A DNA stretch of 64,000 nt from the NCBI RefSeq assembly GCF_009914755.1, contig NC_060941.1; one strand, given 5' to 3'. Below the pieces are notes generated by a model. It searched no databases. It worked only from the letters and a program-made list of their open reading frames with translations, and was not told the DNA's origin. Position numbers and translations under genes: made by a program. Below are positions 1 through 20,310 of the stretch, one piece after another (positions within the stretch are counted from its first letter, which is position 1; each line of letters begins with the position of its first letter). The DNA comes from the human T2T-CHM13v2.0 reference genome, Homo sapiens.

Positions 1-369
1 CTCCCCATCTTTTCTGCATTGCAGATGAAAAATGAAAGTACCTCTGATTGGCCAAGTCTTCATGTATAACTTTGTAACTTTACTTCAGACTCTGATTGGT
101 CACCTTCCACAACCATTCAGACTGGTTATGGGCCATTATTTCATTTACATAGGGTGTAAAGCAAATAACCAATGGGAAACCTCTTGAGGGTATTTAAACT
201 CCAGAAAATTCTGTAACCCCTGCTCTTGAGCCACTTGCTTCAGCCCACTCCCATTCTGTGGAGTGTAGTTTCATTTAAATAAATCTGTGCTTTTCTTTCA
301 TTGCTTTGTGCATTTTGTCCAATTATTTGTTCAAAACACCAAGAACCTGGACACCCTCCACTGGTAACA
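1..369 (+). mobile_element. ERV1 LTR, 3' part (MER57/MER51-like)
   Basis: Multiple CCAAT/ATTGG boxes, TATTTAAA, AATAAA, ends ...ccactggtaaCA. Confidence 0.7.
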
Positions 370-2477
<2,108 letters not shown>

Positions 2478-2919
2478 TGAAACTGACCCAATAGTCTCAT
2501 AGACTGATCTTTTTGATAAACATAGAAATTGACCCTTCTGGTCTTAAAGCTTGAAACTTATATTTGTTTTATCTGCATTCCTTCCTCAGGACAGGACCTT
2601 CAGGCCTCTGAAAAAAAAAGGATCAAAGAACTGAAACTCACCAGATCACCTCACCAGATGCTGGACCCCTCATTCACCATGTTTGCTTCCTTGCCTCTCC
2701 CTAGTTCTTATTTTCTTACACATTGTTACATTTCTTCCCTGCTATATCAACCCCTAGTTCTAGTCAGTCATGGAGATGGATTTGAGACTGATCTCCCATC
2801 CCCTCAGCTACACCACCTGATTAAAGCCTTCTTCCTTGGCAATAATCATTGTCTCAGTCATTGGCTTTCTGTGCAGGGAGCAGCAGGACCTAGACTAAAC
2901 CCCTGGTGTTTTGGTAACA
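2478..2919 (+). mobile_element. MER4-group 3' LTR
   Basis: TGAAACTGACCCAATAG...GGTAACA, preceded by a PPT; contains ATTAAA. Confidence 0.7.
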
Positions 2920-3350
2920 AAATAAGGCCAGGCACAGAAAGACAAACATCACATGTTCACACTTATTTGTGGGATCTAAATACCAGAACAATTGAACTCA
3001 TAGAGATAGAGAGTAGAAGGATTATTACCAGAGGCTGGGAAGTGTGGTTGAAGGAGTTGGTGGGCAGTGGGGATGTAGAATGTGTCCAAAAAAAGGAATA
3101 GAATGAAGAAGTCCTAGTATTTGATAGCACAACAGGGTGACTATAGTCAATAATCATTTAACTGTACATTTTAAAATAACTTAAAAGGTGTAATTGGGTT
3201 GTTTGTAACACAAATGATAAATGCTTGAAGGAATTGCTACTCCATTTTCCATGATGTGATTATTGTGCATTGCATGCCTGTATCAAAATGCCTCATGTAC
3301 CTCATAAATATATATACCTACTATGTACCCACAAAAATTTTTTAAGAAAA
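2920..3350 (+). mobile_element. L1MA 3' end fragment
   Basis: Typical L1MA 3' UTR (cacaacagggtgactatagtcaataat...tactatgtacccacaaaa). Confidence 0.75.
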
Positions 3351-4041
3351 TATACCACTGCTTTTCCATTTGTCAAGTGAAAAACTTCTGGGTTATTTCC
3401 AGGTTTTGACTATTATGAATAGAGCTATTAAGAATAATAAAATACCATGGCCAGCATACTGAATGGGGAAAAGTTGAAAGCATTCCTCCTGAGAACTGGA
3501 ACAAGGCAATGATGCCCTTTCACTGTTTTTTTTTTTTGTTTGTTTGTTTGTTTGCAGCTATTGTACAAGGGGTTGATTTCTTGATTTGATTCTCCCCTTG
3601 GTCGCTGCTGATGTATAGAAGAGCTATTAATTTGTGTACATTAATGTTGTATCTGAAAACTTTGCTGAATTATCAGTTCTAGGAGCTTTCTGGAGGAGTC
3701 TTTAGGGTTTCCCAGGTAAATGATCATATCATCAGCAAACAGGGACATTTGAGTCCCTCTTTATTGATTCGGATGTCCTTTATTTATTTCTCTTGTCTGA
3801 TTGCTCTGGCTAGGACTTCCAGTACTATGTTGAGGAGTGGTGAGAGTGGGCATCTTTGTTTTGTTTCAGTTCTCAGAGGGAATGCTTTCAACTTTTCCCC
3901 ACTCGGTATTATGTTGGCTGTGACTTTGTCATAGATGGCTTTTAATATATTGAGGTATATCTCTTATATGCCAATTTTGCTGAGAGTTTTAATAGTAAAG
4001 TGATGCTGGATTTTGTCAAATGCTTTTTCTGCATCTATTGA

Positions 4042-4387
<346 letters not shown>

Positions 4388-5842
4388 GTGTCACATTTAT
4401 TGACTTGCATATATTAAACCATCCCTGCATCCCTGGTATGAAACCCACTTGGTCATGGTGGATTATCTTTCTGATATGTTCTTGAATTTGGTTAGCTAGA
4501 ATTTTGTTAAGGATTTTAGCATCTAATGTTCTTTATGGATATTGGTCTGTAGTTTTCTTTTTGATTATGTCCTTTCCTGGTTTTGGTATTAGGGAGATAC
4601 TAGGTTCATAGAATGACTTAGGAAGGGTTCTCTCTTTCTCTGTCTTGTGGAATAGTGTCAAAAAGATTGTTACCAATTCTTCTTTGAATGTCTGGTAGAA
4701 TTCTGCTGTGAATCCGTCTGGTCCTGGACCCTTTTTTTTGTTGGTAATTTTTAAATTACCATTTCAATCTTACTGCTTGTTATTGGTCTGTTCAGGACAT
4801 CTAATTTTTCCTGATTTAAGCTAGGAGGGTTGTGTCTTTCCAGGAATTTATCCATCTCTTCTAGGTTTTCTAGTTTACGCATGCAAAGGTGTTCATAGTA
4901 GCCTTGAATGATCTTTCACATTTCTGTGGTGTCAGTTGTAATCTCTTCCGTTTCGTTTCTTACTGAGCTTATTTGGATTTTCTCTCTTCTTGGTTAATCT
5001 TGCTAATGGTATATCAATTTTATTTATCTTTTCAAAGAACTAGCTTTTTGTTTTATTTATCTTTTGTATTTTTTTGTTTTAATTTCATTTAGTTCTGCTC
5101 TGATCTTGGTTATTTCCTTCCTTTCTTCTGGGTTTGGGTTTGATTTGTTCTTGTTTCTCTTGTTCCTTGAGGTGTGACCTTAGATTGCCTGTGCTCTTTC
5201 AGATTTTTTGATGTAGGCATTTAGGACGATGAAATTTCCTCTTAGCATCACCTTTGCTGTGTCTCAGAGGTTTTGATAGGTTGTGTCACTATTGTCATTC
5301 AGTTCGAAGACTTTTTAAATTTTCATCTTGATTTCATTTTTGACCCAATGTTCATTCAAGAGCAGGTTATTTAATTTCCATGGTTTTGAAGGTTCCTTTT
5401 GAAGTTTATTTCCAGTTTTATTCCACTGTGGCCTGAGAGAGTGCTTGATATAATTTCAATTTTCTTAAATTTATTGAGGCTCATTTTGTGGCTATCATAT
5501 GGTCTATCTTGGAGAAAGTTCCATGTGCTGTTGAATAGAATGTGTATTCTGCAGTTGTTGCATGGAATGTTCTGTATATATATGTTGAGTCCATTTGTTC
5601 CAGGGTGTAGTTTAAATCCATTGTTTCTTTGTTGGCTTTCTGTCTTAATGACCTGTCTAGTGCTGTCAGCGGAGTATTGAAGTTCCTCAGTGTTACTTTG
5701 TTGCTGTCTATCTCATTTCTTAGATCTATTAGTAATTGTTTCATAAATTTGGGACCTCCAGTGTTAGGTGAATGTATGTCTAGTATTGTGATAGTTTCCT
5801 GTTGGACAAAGCCTTTTATCATTATATAATGTCCCTCTTTGT

Positions 5843-8800
5843 GCTTTTTTTTATTATTATACTTTAAGTTCTGGGATACAAGTGCAGAATGTGAAGGTTT
5901 GTTACATAGGTATACACGTGCCATGGTGGTTTGCTGCACCCATCAACCCATCATCTACACTAGGTATTTCTCCTAATACATCCCTCCCCTAGCTCCCCAC
6001 CCCCTAACAGGCCCCGTTGTGTGATGTTCCCCTCTCTGTGTCCATGTGTTCTCATTGTTCAACTCCCACTTATGAGTGAGAACATGTAATGTTTGGTTTT
6101 CTGTTCCTGTTAGTTTGCTGAGAATGATGGTTTCCAGCTTCATCCATATCCCTGCAAAGGACATGAACTCATCCTTTTTATGGCTGCACAGTATTCCATG
6201 GTGTACATGTGCCACATTTTCTTTATCCAGGCTATCATTGATGGCATTTGGGTTGGTTCTAGGTCTTTGCTATTGTGAACAGTGCTGCAATAAACATACG
6301 TGTGCATGTGTCTTTATGGTAGAATAATTTATAATGTTTTGGGTATATACCTAGTAATGGGATTGCTGGGTCAAATGGTATTTCTGGTTCTAGATCCTTG
6401 AGGAATTGCCACACCGTCTTCCACAATGGTTGAACTAATTTATGCTCCCACCAACGGTGTGAAAGCGTTCCTATTTCTCCACATCCTCTCCAGCATCTGT
6501 TGTTTCCTGACTTTTTAATGATCGCCATTCTAACTGGCATGAGGTGGTATCACATTGCGGTTTTGATTTGCATTTCTCTAATGACCCAGTGATGATGACC
6601 TTTTTTTCATATGTTTGTCAGCTGCATAAATGTCTTCTTTTGAGGAGTGCCTGTTTACATTCTTTGCCCACTTTTTGATGTGGTCGTTTGTTTTTTTCTT
6701 GCAAATTTGTTTAAGTTTTTTGTAGATTCTGGATATTAGCCCTTTGTCAGATGGATAGATTGCAAAAATTTTCTCCCATTCTGTAGGTTGCCTGTTCACT
6801 ATGATGATAGTTTCTTTTGCTGTGCAGAAGCTCTTTAGTTTAATTAGATCTCATTTGTCAATTTTCGCTTTTGTTGCCATTGCTTTTGGTGATTTAGTCA
6901 TGAAGTCTTTGCCCATGCCTGTGTCCTGAATGATATTGCCTAGGACTTCTTCCAGGGTTTTTATGGTTTTAGGTATTGGGTTTAAGTCTTTAATCCATCT
7001 TGAGTTACTTTTTGTATAAGGTGTAAGGAAGGGGTCCAGTTTCAGTTTTCTGCTTATGGCTAGCCAGTTTTCTCAACACCATTTATTAAAGAGGGAATCC
7101 TTTCCCCATTGCTTGTTTTTGTCAGATTTGTCAAAGATCAGATGGTTGTAGATGTGTGACATTATTTCTGAGGCCTCTGTTCTGTTCCATTGGTCTATAT
7201 ATCTGTTTTGGTAGCAGTACCATGCTGTTTTGCTTACTGTAGCAATTGTAGTATAGTTTGAAGTTGGGCAGCTTGATGCCTCCAGTTTTGTTCTTTTTGC
7301 TTAAGATTGTCTTGGCTATACGGGCTCTTTTTTGGTTCCATATGAAATTTAAAGTAGTTTTTTCTAATTCTGTGAAGAAAGTCAACAGTAGCTTGATGGG
7401 GATAGCATTGAAACTATAAATTACTTTGGGCAGGATGGCCGTTTTCATGATATTGATTCTTCCTATCCATGAGCATGGAATGTTTTTCCATTCATTTGTG
7501 TCCTCTCTTATTTCCTTGAGCAGTGGTTTGTAGTTCTCCTTGAAGAGGTCCTTCACATCCCTTGTAAGTTATATCCCTAGGTATTTTATTCTCTTTGTAG
7601 CAGTTGTGATTGGAAGTTCACTCATGATTTTGCTCTCTGTTTGCCTGTTGTCAGTGTGTAGAAATGCTTGTGATTTCTGCATATTGATTTTGTGTCCTGA
7701 GACTTTGCTGAATTTGCTTTTCAGCTTAGGGATATTTTGGGCTGAGACAATGGGTTTTTTGAAATATACAATTATGTCATCTGCAAACAGAAACAGTTTG
7801 ACTCCCTCTCTTCCTATTTGAATACGCTTTATTTCTTTTGCATGATTGCCCTGGCCGGAACTTCCAACACTATGTTGAATAGGGGTGGTGAGAGAGCATC
7901 CTTGTCTTGTGCTGGTTTTCAAAGGGAATGCTTCCAGCTTTTGCCCATTCAGTATGACATTGGCTGTGGGTTTGTCATAAATAACTCTTATTATTTTGAG
8001 ATATGTTCCATCAATACCTAGTTTATTGAGAGTTTTTAGCATGAAGGGGTGTTGGGTTTTAACGAAGGCTTTTTCTGCATCTCTTGAGATAATCATGTGG
8101 TTTTTGTCATTGATTCTGTTTATGTGATGGATTACGATTATTGATTTGTGTATGTTGAACCAGCCTTGCATCCCAGGTATAAAGCTGACTTGATCGTGGT
8201 GGTTAAGCTTTTTGATGTGCTGCTGGATTTGGTTTGCCAGTATCTTATTGAGGATTTTAGCCTCAATGTTCATCAGGGATATTGGCCTGACATTTTCTTT
8301 TTTTGTTGTGTCTCTGCCGGGTTTTGGTATCAGGATGATGCTGGCCTCATAAAATGAGTTAAGGAGGATTCCTTCTTTCTGTTTTGTTTGTAATAGTTTC
8401 AGAAGTAATGGCACCAGCTCCTCTTTGTACCTCTGGTGGAATTCGGCTGTAAATCCGTCTGGTCCTGGGCTTTTTTTTTTTTATTGGTAGACTATTAATT
8501 ACTGCCTCAATTTCAGTACTTGTTATTGGTCTATTCAGGGATTTGACTTCTTCTTGGTTTAATCTTGGGAGGGTGTATGTGTCCAGGAATTTATCCATTT
8601 CTTCTAGATTTTTGAGTTTATTTGCATAGAGGTGTTTATAGTATTCTCAGATGGTAATTTGTATTTCTGTGGGATCAGTGGTGATATCCCCTTTATCATT
8701 TTTTATTGTGTTTTGATTCTTCTCTCTTTTCTTCTTTATTAGTCTGGCTAGCCATCTATCTATTTTGTTAATTTTTTCAAAAAACCAGCACCTGGAATAA

Positions 8801-11800
8801 TTGACTTTTTGAAGGGTTTTTTTATGTCTCTATCTCCCTCAGTTTTACTCTGCTCTTAGTTATTTCTTGTCTTCTGCTAGCTTTTGAATTTGTTTGCTCT
8901 CACTTCTCTAAATTTCTACTCTGATCTTAGTTCTTTTAATTGTGATGTTAGGGTGTCTATTTCATATCTTTCCCGCTTCCTCCTGTGAGCATTTAGTGCT
9001 ATAAATTTCCCTCTAAACACTGTTTTAGCTGTGTCCCAGAGATTCTGGTACATTGTGTCTTTGTTCTCATTGGTTTCAAAGGACTTCTTGATCTCTGCCT
9101 TAATTTTGTTATTTACCCAGTAGTCATTCAGGAGCAGGTTGTTCACTGTCCTTGTAGTTATGCGGTTTTGAATGAGTTTCTTAATCCTGAGTTCTAGTTT
9201 GATTGCACTGTGTTGTGAGAGACTAATTGTTATGATTTTCATTCTTTTGCATTTGCTGAGGAGTGTTTTACTTCCAAATATGTGGTCAGTTTTGGAATAA
9301 GTGTGATGTGGTGTTGAGAAGAATGTATATTCTGCTGGTTTGGGGTGGAGATTTCTGTAGATGTCTATTAGGTTCTCTTGGTTCAGAGGTGAGTTCAAGT
9401 CCTGAATATTCTCGTAATTTTCTGTCTCATTGATCTGTCTAACAGTGACAGTGGGGTGTTAAAGTTTCCCACTATTATTCTGTGGGAGTCTAAGTTTCTT
9501 TGTAGGTTTCTAAGAACTTGCTTTATGAATCTGGGTGCTCCTGTATTGGGTGCATATATATTTAGGAGAGTTAGCTCTTCTTGTTGCATTGATCCCTTTA
9601 CCATTATGTAATGCCCCTCTTTGTCCTTTTTGATTTTTGTTGGTTTAAAGTCTGTTTTATCAGAGACTAGGATTGCAACCCCTGCTTTTTTTTTTTTTTT
9701 TTTTTTGCTTTCCATTTTCTTGGTAAATATTCCTCCATCCCTTTATTTTGAACCTATGTGTGTCTTTGCACGAGAGATGGGTCTCTTGAATATAGCACAC
9801 CAATGGGTCTTGACTCTATCCAATTTGCCAGCCTGTGTCTTTTAATTGGGGTATTTAGCCCATATACATTTAAGGTTAATATTGTTAGCTGTGAATTTGA
9901 TCCTGTCATTATGATGCTAGCTGGTTATTTTGCCCATTAGTTGATGCAGTTTCTTCAGAGTGTCGATGGACTTTATAATTTGATATGTTTTTGCAGTAAC
10001 TGGTACTGGTTGTTCCTTTCCATATTTAGTGCTTCCTTCAGGAGCTCTTGTAAGGCAGGCCTGGTGGTGATAAAATCTCTCAGCATTTGCTTGTCTGTAA
10101 AGGATTTTATTTCTCCTTTGCTTATGAAACTTAGTTTGGCTGAATATGAAATTCTGGGTTGAAAATTCTTTGCTTTAAGAATGTTGAATATTGGCGCCCA
10201 CTCTCTTCTGACTTGTAGGATTTCTGCAGAGAGATTCACTGTTAGTCTGATGGGCTTCCCTTTGTGGGTAACCCGACCTTTCTCTCTGGCTGCCCTTAAC
10301 ATTTTTTTCTTCATTTCCACCTTGGGGGATCTGATAATTATGTGTCTTAGGGTTGCTCTTCTCAAGGAGCATCTTTGTGGTGTACTATTTCCTGAATTTG
10401 AATGTTGGCCTGTCTTGTTAGGTTGGGGAAGTCCTCCTGGATAATAACCTGAAGTGTGTTTTCCAACTTGGTTCCATTCTCCCTGTCAGTTTCAGGTACA
10501 CCAATCAAATGTAGGTTTGGCCTTTTCACATCGTCCCATATTTCTTGGAGGCTTTGTTCATTCCTTTTTATTCTTTTTTCTCTAATCTTGTCTTCATGCT
10601 TTATTTCATTAAGTTGATCTTCAATCTCTCGTATCCTTTCTTCTGCTTGATCAGTTTGGCTATCAATATTTGTGTATGTTTCACAAAGTTCTCATGCTGT
10701 GTTTTTCAGCTACATCAGGTCATTTATGTTCTTCTCTACACTGGTTATTCTAGTTAGCAATTCCTCTAGCATTTTTTTCAAGGTTCTTAGCTTCCTTGAA
10801 TTGGGTTGGAACATGCTCCTTTAGCTCGGAGGAGTTTGTTATTACCCACCTTCTGAAGCCTGCTTGTGTCTATTTGTCAAACTCATTCTCCGTTCAGTTT
10901 TGTTTCCTTGCTGGCGAGTACTTGTGATCCTTTGAAGGAGAAGAGGAATTCCGGTTTTGGGAATTTTCAGCCTTTTTGCGCTGATTTTTCCTCATCTTTG
11001 TGGATATATCTAGCTTTGGCCTTCCAGTGGGGTTTCTGTGTGGACGTCCTTTTTGTTGATGTTGATGCTTTTCCTTTCTGTTTGTTAGTTTTCCTTCTAA
11101 CAGTCAGGCCCCTCTGCTGCAGGTCTGCTGGAGTTTGCTGGAGGTCCACTCTAGACCCTGTTTCCCTGGGTATCACCAGCGGAGGCTGCAGAACAGCAAA
11201 GATTGCTGCCCGTTCCTTCCTCTGGAAGCTTTGTCCCAGAGGGGCACCTGCCAGATTCCAGCTGGAGCTCTCCTGTATGAAGTATCTGACAACCCCTGCT
11301 GGGAGGTGTCTCCCAGTTAGGAGGCATGGTGGGGAGGGTGGTCAGGGACCCACTTGAGGAGGCAGTCTGTCCCTTGGAAGAACTTGAGTGCTTTGCTGGG
11401 AGATCTGCTGCTCTTTTCAGAGCTGGCAGGCAGGAACGTTTAAGTCTGTTGAAGCTGCCCACAGCTGCCCCTTCACCCAGGTGCTCTGTCCAAGGGAGAT
11501 GGGAGTTTTATCTATAAGCCCCTGACTGGAGCTGCTGCCTTTCTTTCAGAGATGTCCTGCCCAGAGAGGAGGAATCTAGAGAGGCAGTCTGGCTACAGTG
11601 GCTTTGCTGAGCTGCAGTTGACTCTGCCCAGTTCGAGCTTCCAGGCAGCTTTGTTTACGCTGTGAGGGGAACACCACCTACCAAGCCTCAGTAATGGTGG
11701 ATGCCCCTCCCCCCACCAAGCTGTAGCATCCCAGGTGGACTTCAGACTGCTGTGCTAGCAGCAAGAATTTTAAGGCAGTGGATCTTAGCTTGCTGGGCTC

Positions 11801-12325
11801 TGTGGGGGTGGGATCCGCTGAGCTAGACCACTTGGCTCCCTGGCTTCAGCCCCATTTCCAGGGGAGCGTATGGTTCTCTCTAGCTGGCATTTCAGGCACC
11901 ACTGGGGTACGAAAAAAATTCCTGCAGCTAGCTCAATGTCTGCCCAAACGGCCGCCCAGTTTTGTGCTTGAAATCCAGGGCCCTGGTGGCATAGGCCCCC
12001 AAGGGAATCTTTTGATCTGCGGGTTGTGAAGACCTTGGGAAAAGTGTAGTATCAGGGCCAGAGTGCACCATTCCTCACGACACAATCCCTCACGGCTTCC
12101 TTGGCTAGGGGAGGGAGTTCCTCAACCCCTTGTACTTCCCCGGTGAGGCAACACCCCACCCTGCTTCTGCTTGCCCTCCATGGGCTGCACACATTGTCTA
12201 ACCAGTCCCAGTGAGATGAGCCAGGTACATCCTTTGGAAATGCAGAAAACACCCGCCTTCTGCATTGAACTCCCTGGGAGCTGCAGACCAGAGCTGTTCC
12301 TGTTCGGCCATCTTGCCAGCCACCC
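5843..12325 (-). mobile_element. Full-length L1PA7-like LINE-1, ORFs disrupted
   Basis: 5' end GGGGTGGCTGGCAAGATGGCCGAA; ~1.3-kb 5' UTR; ORF1 ATG near 10995; ORF2 fragments (EN 9395-9715, RT 7569-8414 with FADD); 3' UTR and A-tail near 5845; degenerate TSD tttgt(g)ctttt. Confidence 0.9.
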
Positions 12326-13679
12326 CCATGTTTGTCTTTTTTAACTGCTGTTGCTTTAAAGTTTGTTTTGTCTGATATAAGAATAGCTATTCCTGCTCAC
12401 TTTTGGTGTCCGTTCATGTGAAATGTCTTTTTCCATCTTTTTACCTTAAGTTTTTGTGAGTCCTTATGTGCTAGGTGAGTCTCCCAAAGGCAGCAGATGG
12501 TTGGTTGGTGAGTTCTTATCTATCCTTCAGTTCTGTATCTTTTAAGGGGAGCATTTAGGCTATTTACATTCAATGTTAGCATGGAGATGTGAGGTATCAT
12601 TCCATTCATCGTGCTATTTGTTGCCTGTATACCTTTGTTTTTTGTTTTTTGCTTTTTAAATTGATTGTTTTATAGGTCCTGTGAGATTTATACTTTAAAG
12701 AGGTTCTCTTTTGATGTGTTTCTAGGATTTGTTTCAAGATTTAAAGCTCTTTTTTTGCAGTTCTTGTGGTGGTGGCTTGGTAGTGGTGAATTCTCTCAGC
12801 ATTGGTCTGAAAAAGACTGTCTTTCCTTCATTGATGAAGCTTAGTTTCACTGGATACAAAATTCTTGGGTAATAATTGTTTTGTTCAAGGAAGTTGAAGA
12901 TAGGGCCCCAATCCCTTCTAGCTTGTAGAGTTTCTGCTGAGAAATTTGCTGTTAATCTGATAGGTTTTCCTTTATAGTTACCTGGTGCTTTTGCCTCACA
13001 GTTCTTAAGTTTCTTTCCTTAGTCTTAACTTTAGATAACAATAACCTGATGACAGTGTCCCTAGGCAATGATCTTTCTGTGATGAATTTCCCAGGTGTTC
13101 TTTGTGCTTCTTGTATTTGGATGTCTAGGTCTCTAGCATGGTCAGGAAGTTTTTCTTGATTATTCCCCCAAATATGTTTTCTAAACTTTCAGATTTCTCT
13201 TTTTCCTCAGGAACACCAATTTTTCTTAGGTTTGGTCACTTAACATAATCCTAGACTTCTTGGAGGCTTTGTTCATATTTTCTTTTTTTGTCTTTGTTGG
13301 ATTGGGTTAATTCAAAGACCTTGTATTCAAGCTCTGAATTTCTTTCTTCCGCTTGTTCAATTCTATTGTTGAGAGTTTCCAAAGCATTTTGCATTTCTAG
13401 AAGTGTTTCAGGAACATTGTTTCCTGAAGTTTTTATTGTTTTTTATTTACGTTATTTCCTTAAATATTTCTCCCTTCGCTTCTTGTATTATTTTCTGGAT
13501 TTCCTTGCATTGGGCTTTGCCTTTTTCTGATGCCTCCCTGATTAGCTTAATAACTAACCTCCTGAATTCTTTTTCAGATACATCAGGTATTACTTCTTGG
13601 TTTGGGTCCATTGCTGGTGAGCCAGTGTGATTTTTTCAAGGTGTTAAAGAAACTCATTCTTAAATGAGAATAAAAAAGG

Positions 13680-14250
13680 AATTTATTAATCGCAAAAAGC
13701 AAATTGTAACTGCACAGTGGGGAAACCTGGCAGATGTCACTTTATCCAAATGATCAGAGTTAACATCATCAGGAATGGAACTAATCACTATCAAGTGCCT
13801 TCTAATACCATGAACTGAGAACCATAACATCCCTTCTATGGTATTCATGCCAAAAATGCATAACCTGCATCTAATCATGAGAACACATGGAATGACCCAA
13901 AATCATAGATACTCTGCAAAATAATAGGCCAATCCTCTTCAATAGTGTCAAAGATATGACAAACACTGATTAACATTTCCAGATTAAATAAGACTTAAAA
14001 GAAATGAAAGCTCAATACAATGCACGATCTTAGATCAAATCCTAGACCAGAATTATTTCTCATTTGCCATAAGACATTTGTGGCACAACTGATAAAATTC
14101 AATAAAGTCTGTAGATTAGATAATAGTATCAATGTTAATTTACTGATTTTGATGATGGTACTATAAATGTCCTTTTAGGAAATACCCACTGAAGTATTTA
14201 GAGGTAAATGGGAACCTGTCTGCTACTTATTTTCGAATATCTCAGGAAGA
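13680..14250 (+). mobile_element. L1MC/ME 3' end fragment
   Basis: Characteristic old L1 3' UTR motifs (gaaacctggcaga..., gtatcaatgttaattt). Confidence 0.55.
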
Positions 14251-14364
14251 AAAATGGTAGAAGGAGGCACAGGGACAAGGCGAGAGAAGGCCATCAGGAT
14301 CATCTGTGGTCAAAGGACTCTGGGCACACTGACATCCAATACCTAATTTTAAACTTTTGATTGT

Positions 14365-14612
14365 TTTATTATTATTTTGTTAGAGATAGGGTCTTACTCT
14401 ATTGCCCAGGCTAGGATGCAGTGACATGATTATTGCTCACTACAACCTTGAACTCCTGGAATCAAGCGATCCTCTTGCCTCAGCCACTGGAGTATCTAGG
14501 ACTGCAAGAGCACACCACCACACCCAGATAATTTTTCGTTGTTGTCTTCTGGAGAGGGGGTATCTATGTTGCCCAGGCTGGCCTCATATGATCCTCCCAC
14601 CTCAGCCTCCTC
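14365..14612 (-). mobile_element. AluJ (truncated)
   Basis: Diverged reverse Alu. Confidence 0.8.
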
Positions 14613-16168
14613 CTGCTAATATTATAATTTAAGTATTTGCCTTTTGCTATGCTCAAAGTTTTACTTAGCCTTGTTGAAAGTAGGGCCAAGTGTTGACTGC
14701 TAATGTGTGAAACAAAAGATATGACTTCTTTCCATGCTTGGGATACAGAGGAGCATAGAGGAACAGAAGCTTAGAAAAGCCATTATGTCAAGCCAACTAG
14801 AAACTATCAGAGGCCTTGGTACAGCATTTTATTGCAAGAAGTGGCCGGAGACTACCAGGACAGATCTGTGGAACATGGAAGCATTCCTGGAATTCTCAGA
14901 AATCTCAATAGAAAGAAGCTAGGTTTAAAAAACAAAAACCTTTGTCTATTTACACATAATAAGAGCTCAGACAATATTAGTGGGTACTAAAAATCTCAGT
15001 GACACTGATACCTGGAGAATTTAGATACATTCCAATTTCAAATAAATAAATTTTTCTGCTATAAAGTAGAATAAATTAAACAAATATCTTGACCCTCCCT
15101 CCATTGCCCCTTGTGTCCAATCTAGAAGTAAGAGAAAGAGGAAACATAGGTGCTGTGGAGTTGTTGGTCATATAGATTCCCCAAAAAACAAGGAGAACCT
15201 CATCCTGGTGTTCAGAACCAAATCACATACATTGTAAATGTGATCAATGCCTTGAACAGGGAAATAGCTAAGAAGTACATTTTGGGGAATGAGGTATTTA
15301 CAGCCTTATGCAAAAGAAAATAAAAGGCTGTAGGAGGGTGGGATGTGATAGATGTGGAGATGCACTCCCTAGATCCCCTTTTAATAAAGGACTTGCTGCC
15401 CAGATATGGAGAGGGCACTCAGCAAACAGCCTGCAAATGTCAGCTCCTTTGAAGTCTGCCTCAGCTGCAGAGCCACCTTGCCTGGGGTCACAATCCCTTC
15501 CCAGAAAGTTCACAACTGGCCCCTGAGCAAGGCTACATTCCTCCTCATGTGGGGATCCAGGCTGACAGAAGGTCCCTGTCTGAGACATTGTCAGTCTTGA
15601 GGCAGAAAGAAACAAGTGTATGGAGGATCTAAATGGTGGCTCTGAAAGCTCTTGTTCAGGGTAGCACACATCATTTCTACTCACATTTATATTTGGCCAA
15701 AACAAAGCACATGGCCCAGCTTGATTACAATGGAGTAGCAAGTGTAATCCTAAGAGTGTAAGAAAATGTTTTGGAAAGGAATACAGTCAGCCAGGCATGG
15801 TGGCCTCTGCCTATAGTCCCAGCTACTCAGAAGACTGAGTCAGGAGGATTGCTTGAGCCCAAGAGTTTAAGTCCAGCCTGGGCAACATGTCTCTTAAGAA
15901 AAAAAAAACCTATCAAAAATATTTGCTCACAAATATTCACTTTTATTCCTTTTATATACTTTTCCTTCCTTAGAGAAATAACAAAAATTCCATTCCAATG
16001 CAATGCCCCATCATAGACAAAATCCAGATCATGTGATGGTCTTTATATCAGGCCTGGGTATGACTCCTTTGGAGATATTTGAATTAAAAATACAAGTTAT
16101 CACACATACACACACATTATACAACAGTGAAATAAATAGTAACAGAATAACATTTAATAATCCTCTCA

Positions 16169-16435
<267 letters not shown>

Positions 16436-16609
16436 TCACCTCTCATTTGGGAAGGGGAAGAATGGGAGGCACAGAATAGTCCCTGGTCCCTAGAAATTTT
16501 GAAATGCTGTTGGGCAGACACTCTGAGGCACTGTTACCCAGGGGTGGGGACTATTCCCTGTGGTTCTGATTCTAGTCAGTGGTTGCCCATGGTGTTTTCC
16601 TCCATTTCA

Positions 16610-20310
<3,701 letters not shown>

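Noticed and set aside
2529-3101. 190-aa ORF
   Set aside because: Spans an LTR and an L1 3' UTR, starts at TTG; chance ORF.
5399-10444. Many L1 ORF1/ORF2-like ORFs (EN, RT with FADD)
   Set aside because: Fragmented by stops and frameshifts; not an active L1 or a domesticated gene.
11694-12029. L1 antisense ORF0 homologue
   Set aside because: ATG GTG GAT GCC CCT... hits TAG after 10 codons; the downstream 83-aa ORF starts at GTG and has no support.
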